A DNA stretch of 64,000 nt, from assembly GCA_043797815.1 (NCBI GenBank), contig JAZDPG010000063.1, positions 226,406-290,405 of the forward strand, in the 5' to 3' direction. The DNA is from Bacteroidota bacterium (GTDB lineage: Bacteria > Bacteroidota > Bacteroidia > Bacteroidales > GCA-2748055). Shown in pieces: positions 40,124 to 50,167 of the stretch (the first letter of the stretch is position 1; each line of letters opens with the position of its first letter). Under the pieces are notes generated by a model. That model ran no database searches, was not told where the DNA came from, and saw only the letters and a list, made by a program, of their open reading frames with translations. Position numbers and translations under genes: made by a program.

Positions 40124-41077
40124 TTATTTTTTTAACTTGTTTTTCACTTCTTTCAACATGATTCCGGTCATTTTCTCCAGGTCGTAGGATTGCTTAAACC
40201 CCCAGTCCACCCGGGCGATGGTATCATCTACGCTTTGGGGCCATGTATCGGCAATGGCCTGCCTGAAATCAGGTTTGTAACGGATGGAGAAAGACGGGAT
40301 ATGCTTCCGGATCTCCTGGTACATCCGGGCAGGGGTGAGGCTCATGCCCCCAAGATTGTAACTGCTGTGAATGGTCAGTCTGGAGCGTTCTGTCTCCATC
40401 AGCCTGATGGTGGCCTCTATGGCATCGGGCATAAACAACATGGGCAGGGCGGTTCCTTCACTCAGGAAACACTCATACTGTCCGTTGCGCACAGCCTCAT
40501 AGAAGATCTCCACGGCGTAGTCTGTTGTCCCGCCCCCGGCCTCTGTCTTGTATGAGATCAGCCCGGGATAACGCAGGCTTCTCACATCCACCCCGAATTT
40601 GTTAAAATAGTAGTCGCACCAGCGCTCACCGGCCAGCTTGCTGATCCCGTAAACGGTCACAGGCTCCATGACCGTCAGCTGCGGGGTGCTGATCTGCGGG
40701 GTGGTGGGGCCAAACACGGCGATGGAACTGGGCCAGAATACCTTTTTGACTTCCTCCACCATTTTGGCCACTTCAAGGATGTTCATCAGGCTGTCCATGT
40801 TGATGTTCCAGGCCTGGGTGGGCAGCTTTTCCGCATTGCCGGAGAGCACCGCGGCCAGGTGATAGATCTGGTTGATCTTGTGACGGATAATGAAGTGGAT
40901 CAGCTGTTTGTCATCCATCACATCCAGAACCTGGAAAGGGCCTCCCTCCACGATGTCTCTGGGGGCCAGCTTGATATCCGTGGCAAACACATGCTCGTTG
41001 CCATAGATTTTTCGGAGCTCCACCACCAGTTCAGATCCGATCTGACCGGCGGCACCTATCACCAGAATATTGTCCAT
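40124..41077 (-). CDS. tdh: NAD-dependent epimerase/dehydratase-fold L-threonine 3-dehydrogenase
   Basis: 317 aa. Rossmann motif VIGAAGQIGSEL. Extended-SDR type TDH, inferred from its tight operon (2-nt gap) with kbl. Confidence 0.7.
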   Translation of the reverse strand: MDNILVIGAAGQIGSELVVELRKIYGNEHVFATDIKLAPRDIVEGGPFQVLDVMDDKQLIHFIIRHKINQIYHLAAVLSGNAEKLPTQAWNINMDSLMNILEVAKMVEEVKKVFWPSSIAVFGPTTPQISTPQLTVMEPVTVYGISKLAGERWCDYYFNKFGVDVRSLRYPGLISYKTEAGGGTTDYAVEIFYEAVRNGQYECFLSEGTALPMLFMPDAIEATIRLMETERSRLTIHSSYNLGGMSLTPARMYQEIRKHIPSFSIRYKPDFRQAIADTWPQSVDDTIARVDWGFKQSYDLEKMTGIMLKEVKNKLKK

Positions 41078-41152
41078 TCACGCAGTTGATTTGGTTGTCT
41101 GCGAAATTAGGAGTTTCCGGGTCCCAAAAAAATGATAAACAACATAAGGGGA

Positions 41153-41890
41153 TCAGAAGCCGGAGGTTTTGTCCACTTGCATTTTCTGTCTGAGCGGGGG
41201 GGAAGCGAAGCGGCGGAGAAGTACCTGGTAAATATTGATGGCAGGGAGCAGGAGCCCCATGAGGTAGATGAAATCCTCCAGGGGGATGGCCCAGATCCTG
41301 ATTCCCAGGTTTTCGGCATTGTTGTACCACACCACCGGAAGGGAGGTGAGGATCCCGTTGACAATGATAAAGGGTACCAGCGAGAGCAGGTAGGCCAGCA
41401 GGAATCCGGAGAACCAGGTATTGTAGGTTCTCTGCACCAGCTGGAGCACCAGCATCAGGGAAGTGAAGGAGAGGGCAGCCAGGGTGTAAATTTTCCCGGT
41501 GACAAATGGGATCATGCCCAGAAAAAGCACCAGCAGCGCCACGATGACGATCCTGGACATCACCGGGTGATGGAACTGCTTAACAAAGTATCTCAACACC
41601 TCGAAGAGAAAGATACAGGCATAGGGGACAACCAGGAAAAAAAGCCACTCCTCCAGGGGCAGTCCGCCCAGGTAAACATCCCTTGTGTAGTTGTGGTTGA
41701 ATCCCCAGATCCCTGTCCGGGTGAACCAGATGTCCCAAACCACATACACGGTCCCGATGGCCAGGATGCCGGGAAAAATGAAGCGTAATTTCCGGTGCAT
41801 GTAAATGCGCTTCTCAAAACTCTGGGCCAGCGGGTAAAGCATGGAAATTCCCAGGATGGCCATGTATGTCCAGGAGGCCCTTTCCATCAT
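41153..41890 (-). CDS. crtY: Fusion-type lycopene cyclase (CrtYc/CrtYd domains)
   Basis: 245-aa polytopic membrane protein of the lycopene-cyclase-domain type (heterodimeric CrtYcd fused). It is the last gene of the crtI-crtB operon, with a 4-nt overlap with crtB. Confidence 0.7.
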   Translation of the reverse strand: MMERASWTYMAILGISMLYPLAQSFEKRIYMHRKLRFIFPGILAIGTVYVVWDIWFTRTGIWGFNHNYTRDVYLGGLPLEEWLFFLVVPYACIFLFEVLRYFVKQFHHPVMSRIVIVALLVLFLGMIPFVTGKIYTLAALSFTSLMLVLQLVQRTYNTWFSGFLLAYLLSLVPFIIVNGILTSLPVVWYNNAENLGIRIWAIPLEDFIYLMGLLLPAINIYQVLLRRFASPPLRQKMQVDKTSGF

Positions 41891-42720
41891 GCCAGCCTGA
41901 GTTGGAAACGGATCCAGAGGGACGCCAGGAGCAGAATTTTCCGGCTGTTGGGGATCCGGTAACGCTTGCAGAACAGGTTGGGGGCGCTGGTCCGCCTGAT
42001 CTTCCTGAAAAGCTTCAGGTAGTAGGTATAGGAGACCAGAACACCCAGACGGGATGCCCTGTTCAGCTTCACAATTCCTTTGTATGCCTCTTCAAAATCA
42101 AATGCAATGTCCTTTTCAATTTCCTTTTTGGTGCTTTCATCCAGGGTATCCAGCTTGATCCCGGGAAAATAGAACCTGCCCCGCTCCGAATAGTCAGAGC
42201 GGATATCCCTGAGGAAATTGATTTTCTGGAAGGCCTCGCCCAGTTTCTTGGCAGGGTACATCAAAGATTCATAAGCCTGGTCATCATCCCTGTAAAACAC
42301 CCGCAGGCACATGAGCCCCACCACCTCGGCCGATCCATATACATATTTCTTAAAACTCTCAGCCGTATGCTTCCTGTCGGTCAGGTCCATTTCCATGCTG
42401 TCCAGAAAAGCGTGGATCAGGTTGTGATCGATGTTGTACTGGTTGACCACCCACTGGAAACTGTGAAGGATGGGATTGGTGCTGATCTTCTGCGCGATGG
42501 CCTCGAAGGTTCTCACCCGGAAATCCCGGAGCATCTCTGCCTGGTTGTGGTCATGAAAGGTATCCACAATCTCATCGGCCACCCGGACAAATCCGTAAAT
42601 GGCGTAGACCGGCAAGCGGAATTCACGTTGCAGGAGGCTTACCCCAAAGGAGAAAGAGGTGCTGTAGTGTCGGGTGGTGAGCCTGCTGATATTCAGCGAA
42701 TTGATATCAAACTGATCCAT
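41887..42720 (-). CDS. crtB: Phytoene synthase
   Basis: 277 aa of the squalene/phytoene synthase family with an Asp-rich motif (VADEIVD). It overlaps crtI by 14 nt. Confidence 0.85.
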   Translation of the reverse strand: MDQFDINSLNISRLTTRHYSTSFSFGVSLLQREFRLPVYAIYGFVRVADEIVDTFHDHNQAEMLRDFRVRTFEAIAQKISTNPILHSFQWVVNQYNIDHNLIHAFLDSMEMDLTDRKHTAESFKKYVYGSAEVVGLMCLRVFYRDDDQAYESLMYPAKKLGEAFQKINFLRDIRSDYSERGRFYFPGIKLDTLDESTKKEIEKDIAFDFEEAYKGIVKLNRASRLGVLVSYTYYLKLFRKIRRTSAPNLFCKRYRIPNSRKILLLASLWIRFQLRLA

Positions 42721-44188
42721 GGTCTCCTGTAATTCGCCGGGTTACCAGCTTTGAACTGATCACGGTCATGGGAAGCCCGGTTCCGGGAATGGTCGATGCC
42801 CCCGTATAGTAGACGTTCCCATAGATCTCGTCCTTGTTTTTTGGCCTGAAATAACCGATCTGGTTCAGGTCATGGGCCAGTCCCAGTCCGCTTCCCTTGT
42901 AGAGATTGAAATGGTCCCTCCAGTCTGTGGGATCATAGATGGTCCGGCTTACCAGGTTCGCACGGATGTCGAATCCCGATCGCTCTGAAAGATCTGCTAC
43001 GATGTCACCGGCCAGCTTCTCCCTGTCGCTCCAGTCAGGTTTGTACCGCAAATCGGGTACAGGGCACAGGATGAACAGGTTTTCATGCCCCTCGGGGGCC
43101 ATCTCCGGGTTGAACCTGGAGTTTACATTCACATAGTAGTATGGCTTGTCCAGGGAGATGGAATTTTTAAAGATCTTCCCGGCATACTCCTCGAAATTGT
43201 CCCCCAGGAAATAGTTGTGGTGTTCCAGTCCCCCGATCTTCCCCTTCACACCCAGGTACATGGTAAAGGGTGCCAGGGTCCACTTCATTTTGTCCAGCTT
43301 CTCTTCGGTAAATTTTGGCCTGTGGAACACCTGGTACCTGAAACCGGCCGCATCGCTGTTGATCACAAACAGATCCGACTCCCATTTTTTCCCCTGCTTG
43401 TCAAGCAGGTACTCCAGCTGTCCGTTCTTCTCTCCATACCCGGTAATCTCGGTGTTGTAACGGATGGTGATCCCCCGCCTTTCCGTTTCGCCCAGGAGCC
43501 CCTCAACGATTTTGTACATGCCGCCTCTTACATTGTGATAGCCGTCGTGTACCAGTTCGGTGTAGGTAAGCAGGGTGTAAATGGCCGGTGTATCATAAGG
43601 CGTGGCCCCCAGGAAAAAGGCCACCAGCGAAAAGATCTGCTTTACCTCTTCGGAAGCAAAATGCCGCTCCAGTTCCTTCCATACAGACCGCACCAGTTTT
43701 GGGGTATGCCCCAGGGGAACGCGGGCCAGGGTGAACAGCCACTGGAGCATGTTGTTGTAATTTTTCTTGATCACCAGATCGTCGGTGTCGTGGAAAAACT
43801 TCCCGGCAGAGGCCAAAAGCTTCTCCATGTTCTTCTTGAAATCCGGCTCCACTTCGCTGAACTCCGATGCCAGCCTGTCCAGGTCGCGATAAATGGTATA
43901 TTTTTTCCGGCTGTTGCGGAACTGAACCGAATAGAGGGGGTCCAGCTCCACAAACTCAAAGGGGGCTTTCATCTCCATGAAATTGAAGAATTCGTCGAAT
44001 TCATAGCTCATGCTGAAAAACGAAGGCCCCACATCCCATGTAAATCCGTCTTTCTTCAACTGGTTGAGCCTTCCTCCCGCCTGGTGGTATTTCTCCACCA
44101 TCTCCACAGAGTAGCCCAATTTCGAAAGTCTGAGTGCTGTGGTGAGGCCCGCGAGCCCGGTCCCCACTACCAGAACTTTTTTTTGCAT
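42707..44188 (-). CDS. crtI: Phytoene desaturase
   Basis: 493 aa. N-terminal FAD dinucleotide fold (VVGTGLAGLTTALRLSKLGYSVEMVEK). CrtI-type length and C-terminal conserved region. Confidence 0.85.
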   Translation of the reverse strand: MQKKVLVVGTGLAGLTTALRLSKLGYSVEMVEKYHQAGGRLNQLKKDGFTWDVGPSFFSMSYEFDEFFNFMEMKAPFEFVELDPLYSVQFRNSRKKYTIYRDLDRLASEFSEVEPDFKKNMEKLLASAGKFFHDTDDLVIKKNYNNMLQWLFTLARVPLGHTPKLVRSVWKELERHFASEEVKQIFSLVAFFLGATPYDTPAIYTLLTYTELVHDGYHNVRGGMYKIVEGLLGETERRGITIRYNTEITGYGEKNGQLEYLLDKQGKKWESDLFVINSDAAGFRYQVFHRPKFTEEKLDKMKWTLAPFTMYLGVKGKIGGLEHHNYFLGDNFEEYAGKIFKNSISLDKPYYYVNVNSRFNPEMAPEGHENLFILCPVPDLRYKPDWSDREKLAGDIVADLSERSGFDIRANLVSRTIYDPTDWRDHFNLYKGSGLGLAHDLNQIGYFRPKNKDEIYGNVYYTGASTIPGTGLPMTVISSKLVTRRITGDHGSV

Positions 44189-44336
44189 CTTTTTATACGT
44201 AATTTAATCCCGGAACCTGGAAGCAGAAATTCACTTATTGGTATTTTGTTTATTAATCAAATTCAAACATTAAACAAATCAGGATCCATATTGTTTAAAA
44301 CGCATGTGATCCATTATTAACCCGGGATTCAACAGG

Positions 44337-45800
44337 ATGCAAAAATCGGCGATCATCGTAGGAGCGGGTATAGCCGGACTGGCCACCTCCATCAGGCTGG
44401 CCTCCAGGGGTTTTCATGTCACCGTGTTTGAACGGTCAGAAAAGCCAGGAGGCAAACTGAATTTCATTCGCTGGGAAGGGTTCCGCTGGGATACGGGCCC
44501 TTCGCTTTTTACCCTGCCCGACATGGTGGAGGAACTCTATGTTTTGGCCGGGGCCGAGATGAAAACCTCCATCCGCATGCAAAAACTGGATGTGATCACC
44601 CGGTATTTTTACGAAGATGGGAAAATGCTGAATGCCTGTGGGGATCCTGACCTTTTCGCCGGGGAGGTGGAAAGGGTGCTGGGGGAACCTGCTTCAAGGA
44701 TTGCGGATCACCTGGAGAGAAGCCGTAAGATCTACAACCTGACCAGCGAGGTGTTTATCTTCAGAAGTTTTCTTCACATGGGGACCCTGGTGTCTCAGAA
44801 ATTCCTCAACGCCCTCCTCCAGATATGGAAGCTGGATTCACTGAGCACCATGCATGATGTGAATGCCAGGCGGTTTGAGTCCAAACACCTCGTACAGCTG
44901 TTTGACAGGTACGCCACCTACAACGGATCGGATCCCTACAGGGCTCCCGGTACGCTGAACGTGATTTCCCACCTGGAGCATAACCTGGGTGCCTGGTTCC
45001 CGGAAAGAGGCATGTATTCCCTGGCGACCGGACTCAAAGAACTGGCCGATTCACTGGGTGTGGTATTTCACTTTAATGAGCCGGTTGAACAGGTGGTGCT
45101 GGATAAAAAGACGGTCCGCGGGGTGGTCACCGGGTCGGGAATCTACTCTTCGGATATCGTGGTCAGTGATATTGATGTTTTCTACCTCTACAGGGACCTG
45201 CTGGAGGGGGTACCTTTCCCCGTGAAGCAGTTCAGAAAAGAGCGGTCCACCTCGGCCCTCATCTTCTACTGGGCCATGGACCGGGAGTTTGCCCAGCTGG
45301 ATCTCCACAACATTTTCTTCTCTGCCAACTACAGGGAGGAATTCCGGGTTCTGAGCCACAAGCAGGAAATTTATGACGATCCCACGGTTTACATTTTCGT
45401 AAGCTCCAAGGTAGTCACCGGCGATGCGCCACAGGGAAAGGAGAACTGGTTCGTCATGATCAATGTGCCGGAAAACCTGGGGCAGGACTGGGATGTCCTG
45501 GTGGAGAAAGCCCGCAGGAACATACTTAACAAGCTATACAGGATGCTTGGAACCAGGATCGAACCCCTGATCCTGAAAGAGTTTGTGGCCGATCCCCGTT
45601 CCATCGAAGCCAATACCTGGTCCCACCGGGGTTCACTTTACGGCAACAGTTCAAACAGCAGGGTGGCCGCATTCAGCAGGCATCCCAATTTCCTGAGGAA
45701 ATACAGGGGGCTCTATTTTGCAGGAGGGAGTGTGCACCCGGGCGGGGGAATCCCCCTCTGCCTGGCTTCGGCCCGAATCGTTGATAAGCACATCAGATAG
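44337..45800 (+). CDS. crtD: CrtD-like carotenoid 3,4-desaturase (phytoene desaturase family)
   Basis: 487 aa. FAD fold (IVGAGIAGLATSIRLASRGFHVTVFER). A second CrtI-family paralog, next to cruF-like and crtW genes. Confidence 0.65.
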   Translation: MQKSAIIVGAGIAGLATSIRLASRGFHVTVFERSEKPGGKLNFIRWEGFRWDTGPSLFTLPDMVEELYVLAGAEMKTSIRMQKLDVITRYFYEDGKMLNACGDPDLFAGEVERVLGEPASRIADHLERSRKIYNLTSEVFIFRSFLHMGTLVSQKFLNALLQIWKLDSLSTMHDVNARRFESKHLVQLFDRYATYNGSDPYRAPGTLNVISHLEHNLGAWFPERGMYSLATGLKELADSLGVVFHFNEPVEQVVLDKKTVRGVVTGSGIYSSDIVVSDIDVFYLYRDLLEGVPFPVKQFRKERSTSALIFYWAMDREFAQLDLHNIFFSANYREEFRVLSHKQEIYDDPTVYIFVSSKVVTGDAPQGKENWFVMINVPENLGQDWDVLVEKARRNILNKLYRMLGTRIEPLILKEFVADPRSIEANTWSHRGSLYGNSSNSRVAAFSRHPNFLRKYRGLYFAGGSVHPGGGIPLCLASARIVDKHIR

Positions 45801-45809
45801 GAGGGTGCC

Positions 45810-46487
45810 ATGACAGACAAGCTGCTTCAAAAACTTCAATCCATAAACCTGGTCCCCGTCCTGGCGTTTTACTTTGCCGCAGGAGCAGCCGGATTGATCA
45901 TCCCGGCCTCACGGGAGTGGTTTATCAGGGCGGTTCCCTTTACCTTGCTGGTGAGTCTGGCCTTGCTGTTCCTTTATCATGGAAAAATATCATCCCGTAC
46001 CTGCTTGGCCGGACTGCTGATTTTTGTCCTGGGTCTGCTCATCGAGATGACAGGTGTGGGCACCGGACTTATTTTCGGGAATTACCGGTACGGGGATACC
46101 CTTGGGCTGAAGGTCTTCCATACACCCCTGATGATCGGGGTGAACTGGCTCATACTGGTTTACTGCAGTGTGGTTGTTGCAGGCAGGTTTGTGGAGCCCC
46201 TCTATTTCAGGTCCATCGTGGCAGGTTCCATGATGGTTGCGTATGATTTTGCCCTCGAACCGGCAGCCATCCGCCTGGACATGTGGAGCTGGGCAGGGAT
46301 CGCCGTGCCACTCCGGAATTATCTGGCCTGGTTTGTGATTGCTGCGCTTCTCAGCTATCTGGCAGCCTGGTTGCGCCTGCCCAATCCAAAGAACAAAATG
46401 GCCGGCCCCATCTATTTCATTCAGCTGATTTTCTTCATCGCACTGGATATATGGATATACGCTGAAAGGATATGGGGATCCTTATAG
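45810..46487 (+). CDS. cruF: Carotenoid biosynthesis membrane protein (DUF422/CruF-like 1,2-hydratase)
   Basis: 225-aa polytopic membrane protein between crtD and crtW. The family assignment comes from context and remembered DUF422/CruF features. Confidence 0.55.
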   Translation: MTDKLLQKLQSINLVPVLAFYFAAGAAGLIIPASREWFIRAVPFTLLVSLALLFLYHGKISSRTCLAGLLIFVLGLLIEMTGVGTGLIFGNYRYGDTLGLKVFHTPLMIGVNWLILVYCSVVVAGRFVEPLYFRSIVAGSMMVAYDFALEPAAIRLDMWSWAGIAVPLRNYLAWFVIAALLSYLAAWLRLPNPKNKMAGPIYFIQLIFFIALDIWIYAERIWGSL

Positions 46488-47185
46488 CCTTAACGATCAT
46501 GGTTGTGTGGGGAGTCCACCTGGTCTTTTCCATCGCACTGGTGGAGGTCTCCTGGGCCAATCCTTGGATGTATCTTCATGTGCTGATCCAGGCCTATCTG
46601 TATACCGGACTTTTCATTACCGGCCATGATGCCATGCACCAGTCCGTTTCAAAAACCAGGCGGATCAACAACCTGCTGGGAACCCTGGCGGTATACCTTT
46701 TTGCAAGTCTTTCCTACCGCAGGCTGATCAAAAACCACTGGGATCACCACAGGTATCCCGGTACAGAAAAAGACCCTGATTTTTATACCCGGTCACAGAA
46801 CTTTTTTGCCTGGTGGTTTATGTTCCTGGTGCGCTATGTGACCGTCTGGCAGTTTCTTTCCATGGCAGTCATCTTTAACATTCTGAAGCGCCTGGCAGAC
46901 GTGCCGGGGCCCCCGCTGGTGGTATACTGGATCATCCCCGCCATCCTGGGTACCTTTCAGCTGTTCTATTTCGGCACCTTTGTTCCCCATCGCGAGCCTC
47001 ATACGGAGGAAATGGGAAAACACAGGGCCAGAACCCTGGGCCGCAACCATCTGCTGGCCATGCTCACCTGCTATTTCTTCGGATACCACCGGGAACACCA
47101 CGAGGCCCCGGGAATCCCCTGGTGGAAATTATACAAAACCAAAATTCCCCGGAAACCATTTTCTATATTTGTCAAAACGGATTGA
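46472..47185 (+). CDS. crtW: Beta-carotene ketolase (CrtW, fatty-acid-desaturase-type di-iron enzyme)
   Basis: Three His boxes are present: HDAMH, HWDHH, HREHH. About 237-aa membrane protein. It overlaps the cruF-like gene by 16 nt. Confidence 0.75.
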   Translation: MGILIALTIMVVWGVHLVFSIALVEVSWANPWMYLHVLIQAYLYTGLFITGHDAMHQSVSKTRRINNLLGTLAVYLFASLSYRRLIKNHWDHHRYPGTEKDPDFYTRSQNFFAWWFMFLVRYVTVWQFLSMAVIFNILKRLADVPGPPLVVYWIIPAILGTFQLFYFGTFVPHREPHTEEMGKHRARTLGRNHLLAMLTCYFFGYHREHHEAPGIPWWKLYKTKIPRKPFSIFVKTD

Positions 47186-47189
47186 AAGA

Positions 47190-48716
47190 ATGAGTCAGAA
47201 CATCAGGGTCAGATTTGCGCCCAGTCCCACCGGGCCCCTGCATATTGGCGGTTTGCGGACAGCACTTTTTAACTACCTGTTTGCCAGAAAAAACGGGGGG
47301 ACATTTATCCTTCGCATTGAGGATACCGACCAGACCCGGTTTGTTCCGGGAGCCGAGGATTATATCATAGAGTCGCTGGAGTGGTGCGGTCTGATCCCGG
47401 ACGAGGGTCCCCGCCAGGGTGGAGGTTTTGGCCCTTACCGCCAGTCCGAACGAAAAAGCCGTTACGGGAAGTATGCCCTGGACCTGGTAGAGAGCGGAAG
47501 TGCCTACTACGCATTTGATACGCCTGAAGAGCTTGACCGGCTTCGCAGCGACCATGAGTCAAAGGGAGAAACATTTGTTTACGATGCCAGGGTGAGGGAT
47601 CGCCTGCGGAATTCACTGGTCATGGAAAAGTCACATGTTGAGGAGCTGATCGGCAAGGGCAGCCCCTACGTGATCCGCTTCAGGTTCGAACCCGGAAGGG
47701 ATATCCCCATGCACGATCTGGTGCGGGGTGAAATGCTTGTGAATTCTTCCACACTGGATGACAAGATCCTTTTCAAATCGGACGGCATGCCAACCTACCA
47801 CCTGGCCAATGTGGTGGATGACAGCCTGATGGCCATCTCTCATGTGATCCGTGGTGAGGAATGGCTCCCGTCCCTGCCCCTTCATGTGTCCCTGTACAGG
47901 GCCTTTGGCTGGGAGCAACTAATGCCTTCCTTTGCCCACCTGCCACTTATCCTGAAACCCACGGGAAAAGGGAAACTGAGCAAGCGGGATGGTGAAAAAG
48001 GAGGATTCCCGGTTTTCCCGCTGGAGTGGAGAGACCCGGTTTCGGGAGAAATCTCCCCGGGCTACAGGGAAGAGGGCTATCTCCCGGAGGCGTGCATCAA
48101 CATGCTGGCATTGCTGGGCTGGAATCCCGGAACCGAACAGGAGTTGTTTTCCATGAATGAGCTGATCCGGGAATTCCAGATCGAAAAGGTAGGACGGTCC
48201 GGATCCAGGTTCGATCCGGAAAAATCAAAGTGGTTCAACCACCAGTACATGCAGCTGATCCCCGATACGGACCTGCGAACGGCATTCAGGGAAATGTTGG
48301 CCAGGAAGGGTGTAAACTGTTCAGATACCCAGCTGGCCACACTGATACCCATCATCAAACCCAGGATCACATTTGTCGAAGAAGTGTGGGAAGAGGCGTG
48401 GTTCTTTTTCAGGGCACCTGATTCCTACGACCCGGCAGTGCTTAAAAAATGGTGGAAGCAGGATACCCCCGGAAAGATGAATCAACTGGCCGCGGCACTG
48501 GCGTCCTGTGAACCATTTACAGCGGAATCTGTTGAAATTGCAGTAAAGAGCCTGATCACTGAAAAGGAGTGGGGCATGGGGGCCATGATGAATGCCTGGC
48601 GGCTGATCATTGTGGGAGCTGCCAAAGGACCGGGCCTTTTTGAACTGGCAGAATTCCTGGGAAAGGAGGAGGTCATTGCCAGGATCCGCAGGGGAATCGA
48701 TTCTATACAAATATAA
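47190..48716 (+). CDS. gltX: Glutamate--tRNA ligase
   Basis: From the ATG at 47190 the protein reads MSQNIRVRFAPSPTGPLHIGG (HIGH-class motif), with KLSKR (KMSKS) later. The track ORF start at 46980 is an upstream read-through inside crtW. Confidence 0.95.
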   Translation: MSQNIRVRFAPSPTGPLHIGGLRTALFNYLFARKNGGTFILRIEDTDQTRFVPGAEDYIIESLEWCGLIPDEGPRQGGGFGPYRQSERKSRYGKYALDLVESGSAYYAFDTPEELDRLRSDHESKGETFVYDARVRDRLRNSLVMEKSHVEELIGKGSPYVIRFRFEPGRDIPMHDLVRGEMLVNSSTLDDKILFKSDGMPTYHLANVVDDSLMAISHVIRGEEWLPSLPLHVSLYRAFGWEQLMPSFAHLPLILKPTGKGKLSKRDGEKGGFPVFPLEWRDPVSGEISPGYREEGYLPEACINMLALLGWNPGTEQELFSMNELIREFQIEKVGRSGSRFDPEKSKWFNHQYMQLIPDTDLRTAFREMLARKGVNCSDTQLATLIPIIKPRITFVEEVWEEAWFFFRAPDSYDPAVLKKWWKQDTPGKMNQLAAALASCEPFTAESVEIAVKSLITEKEWGMGAMMNAWRLIIVGAAKGPGLFELAEFLGKEEVIARIRRGIDSIQI

Positions 48717-48727
48717 ATCCTGAACCA

Positions 48728-49417
48728 ATGCAAAAGGAGAGCAAGCTTTACGTAAACATCCACGGGCACAGGCAGGCCAACAACATACAGGAGTGGGTGA
48801 TGATGAACCTGATGGCCAGTGAGTATCCGCCCGATGATATTGAAAACGGATACTATTCGGTTGGTTTTCACCCCTACAACGTGGGGAAGGTGGATGAAGA
48901 GGAAACCCTGAAAAAGGTACGCCTGGCCACGGAAAACCCCAATGTGTTTGCACTGGGGGAAATCGGACTGGACAAATCCATTGAGGCTCCTTTGGATGTC
49001 CAGCTGCGTATTTTTGAACGGCAGATGGACATCGCCGAATTCGCCGATCTTCCCGTGATCCTGCATGTGGTCAGAGCTTTCAATGAGATACTTGGTTTCA
49101 TGAAATCCCATCAGCCATCGGTCCCCATGATTATCCACGGCTACAACGGCAGCCGGAAGATGGCCGAAGATCTTATCAAAGCCGGATTTCTTATTTCTTT
49201 CGGTGAGGCCATTGCCGGAGAGCACTCCAGGATCGTGGAATCGTTGCTATCGGTACCTGTGGAAAAACTATTCCTGGAAACCGACGAAGGTATGCTTGAT
49301 ATCAGGGAGATTTATCATGCAGCGGCAGAAGTGAAAGGCGTGTCCCTGGATCACCTGCGGATCCAGATCGTTGAAAATGCGAAGACGCACCTGCCCAGGT
49401 TTGCAGCGCTTTTCTGA
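48728..49417 (+). CDS. TatD-family metal-dependent hydrolase
   Basis: 229 aa. It has an N-terminal His pair (NIHGH), later EIGLD, and HxxR/H…D blocks of the TatD/amidohydrolase fold. Confidence 0.6.
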   Translation: MQKESKLYVNIHGHRQANNIQEWVMMNLMASEYPPDDIENGYYSVGFHPYNVGKVDEEETLKKVRLATENPNVFALGEIGLDKSIEAPLDVQLRIFERQMDIAEFADLPVILHVVRAFNEILGFMKSHQPSVPMIIHGYNGSRKMAEDLIKAGFLISFGEAIAGEHSRIVESLLSVPVEKLFLETDEGMLDIREIYHAAAEVKGVSLDHLRIQIVENAKTHLPRFAALF

Positions 49418-49429
49418 TCCTACTGCTGA

Positions 49430-50167
49430 ATGACACAAAGCGGACCACATCCAGGCTGGCAGGAGCGAACCATCCAACTTTTCGGATTGGAGCGGTATGC
49501 CAGGCTTGAAAAAGCCAATGTACTGGTGGCCGGTATGGGCGGAGTAGGTTCCATGGCTGCAGAGATGATTTGCAGGAGCGGGGTGGGAAAAATGACCATT
49601 GTGGACGCCGACACCATCCAGCCTGGCAACCTGAACAGGCAGATCCCTGCCACCCACAGCAGCCTGAACAGGGCAAAGGCTGTGGTGATGGGAGAACGCC
49701 TTCTGGACATCAACCCGGGACTTCAGCTTACCGTGCTCAATGAGTTTATCAAAGAGGGCCGGATACCGGAGCTCCTGGACAAACCCTTCGACTTTGTGGT
49801 GGATGCCATCGATACCCTCTCCCCCAAGATTCACCTCATCTACCATACCGTGAACAGGGGGATCAGACTGGCCAGTTCCATGGGTTCGGGCGGCAAGGCA
49901 GACCCCGCACAGATTCATGTAGCGGATTTTGGTGAGACCTATAACTGCCGGCTGGCTTACATCCTGCGCAAGAAGCTCAGAAAGATGGATGTGCATGGAG
50001 GGTTCAGGGTGGTTTTCTCCACCGAGCAGGTCCCCAAAGAGATGATCATCCCTGTGGAGGGGGAACGCAATAAAAAATCCACCGTGGGCACCACTTCTTT
50101 CATTCCTGCCATTTTCGGATGCACCCTGGCATCCATTGTGATCCGGGACCTTGCCGGAAATGGTTGA
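49430..50167 (+). CDS. tcdA: tRNA threonylcarbamoyladenosine dehydratase (ThiF/E1-like)
   Basis: ThiF-type Rossmann motif (VLVAGMGGVGSMAAEMICRSGVGKMTIVDADTIQPGNLNRQ). About 245 aa, typical of TcdA/CsdL. Confidence 0.8.
   Translation: MTQSGPHPGWQERTIQLFGLERYARLEKANVLVAGMGGVGSMAAEMICRSGVGKMTIVDADTIQPGNLNRQIPATHSSLNRAKAVVMGERLLDINPGLQLTVLNEFIKEGRIPELLDKPFDFVVDAIDTLSPKIHLIYHTVNRGIRLASSMGSGGKADPAQIHVADFGETYNCRLAYILRKKLRKMDVHGGFRVVFSTEQVPKEMIIPVEGERNKKSTVGTTSFIPAIFGCTLASIVIRDLAGNG

Noticed and set aside
41132-44320. Long plus-strand ORFs (218, 288 and 411 aa) across the crtY-crtB-crtI operon; similar antisense ORFs at 22940-23950, 36131-37171, 53961-54794, 14299-15078 and 49268-49996
   Set aside because: All are antisense to well-supported genes. 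They have no recognisable domains and have biased, repetitive composition.
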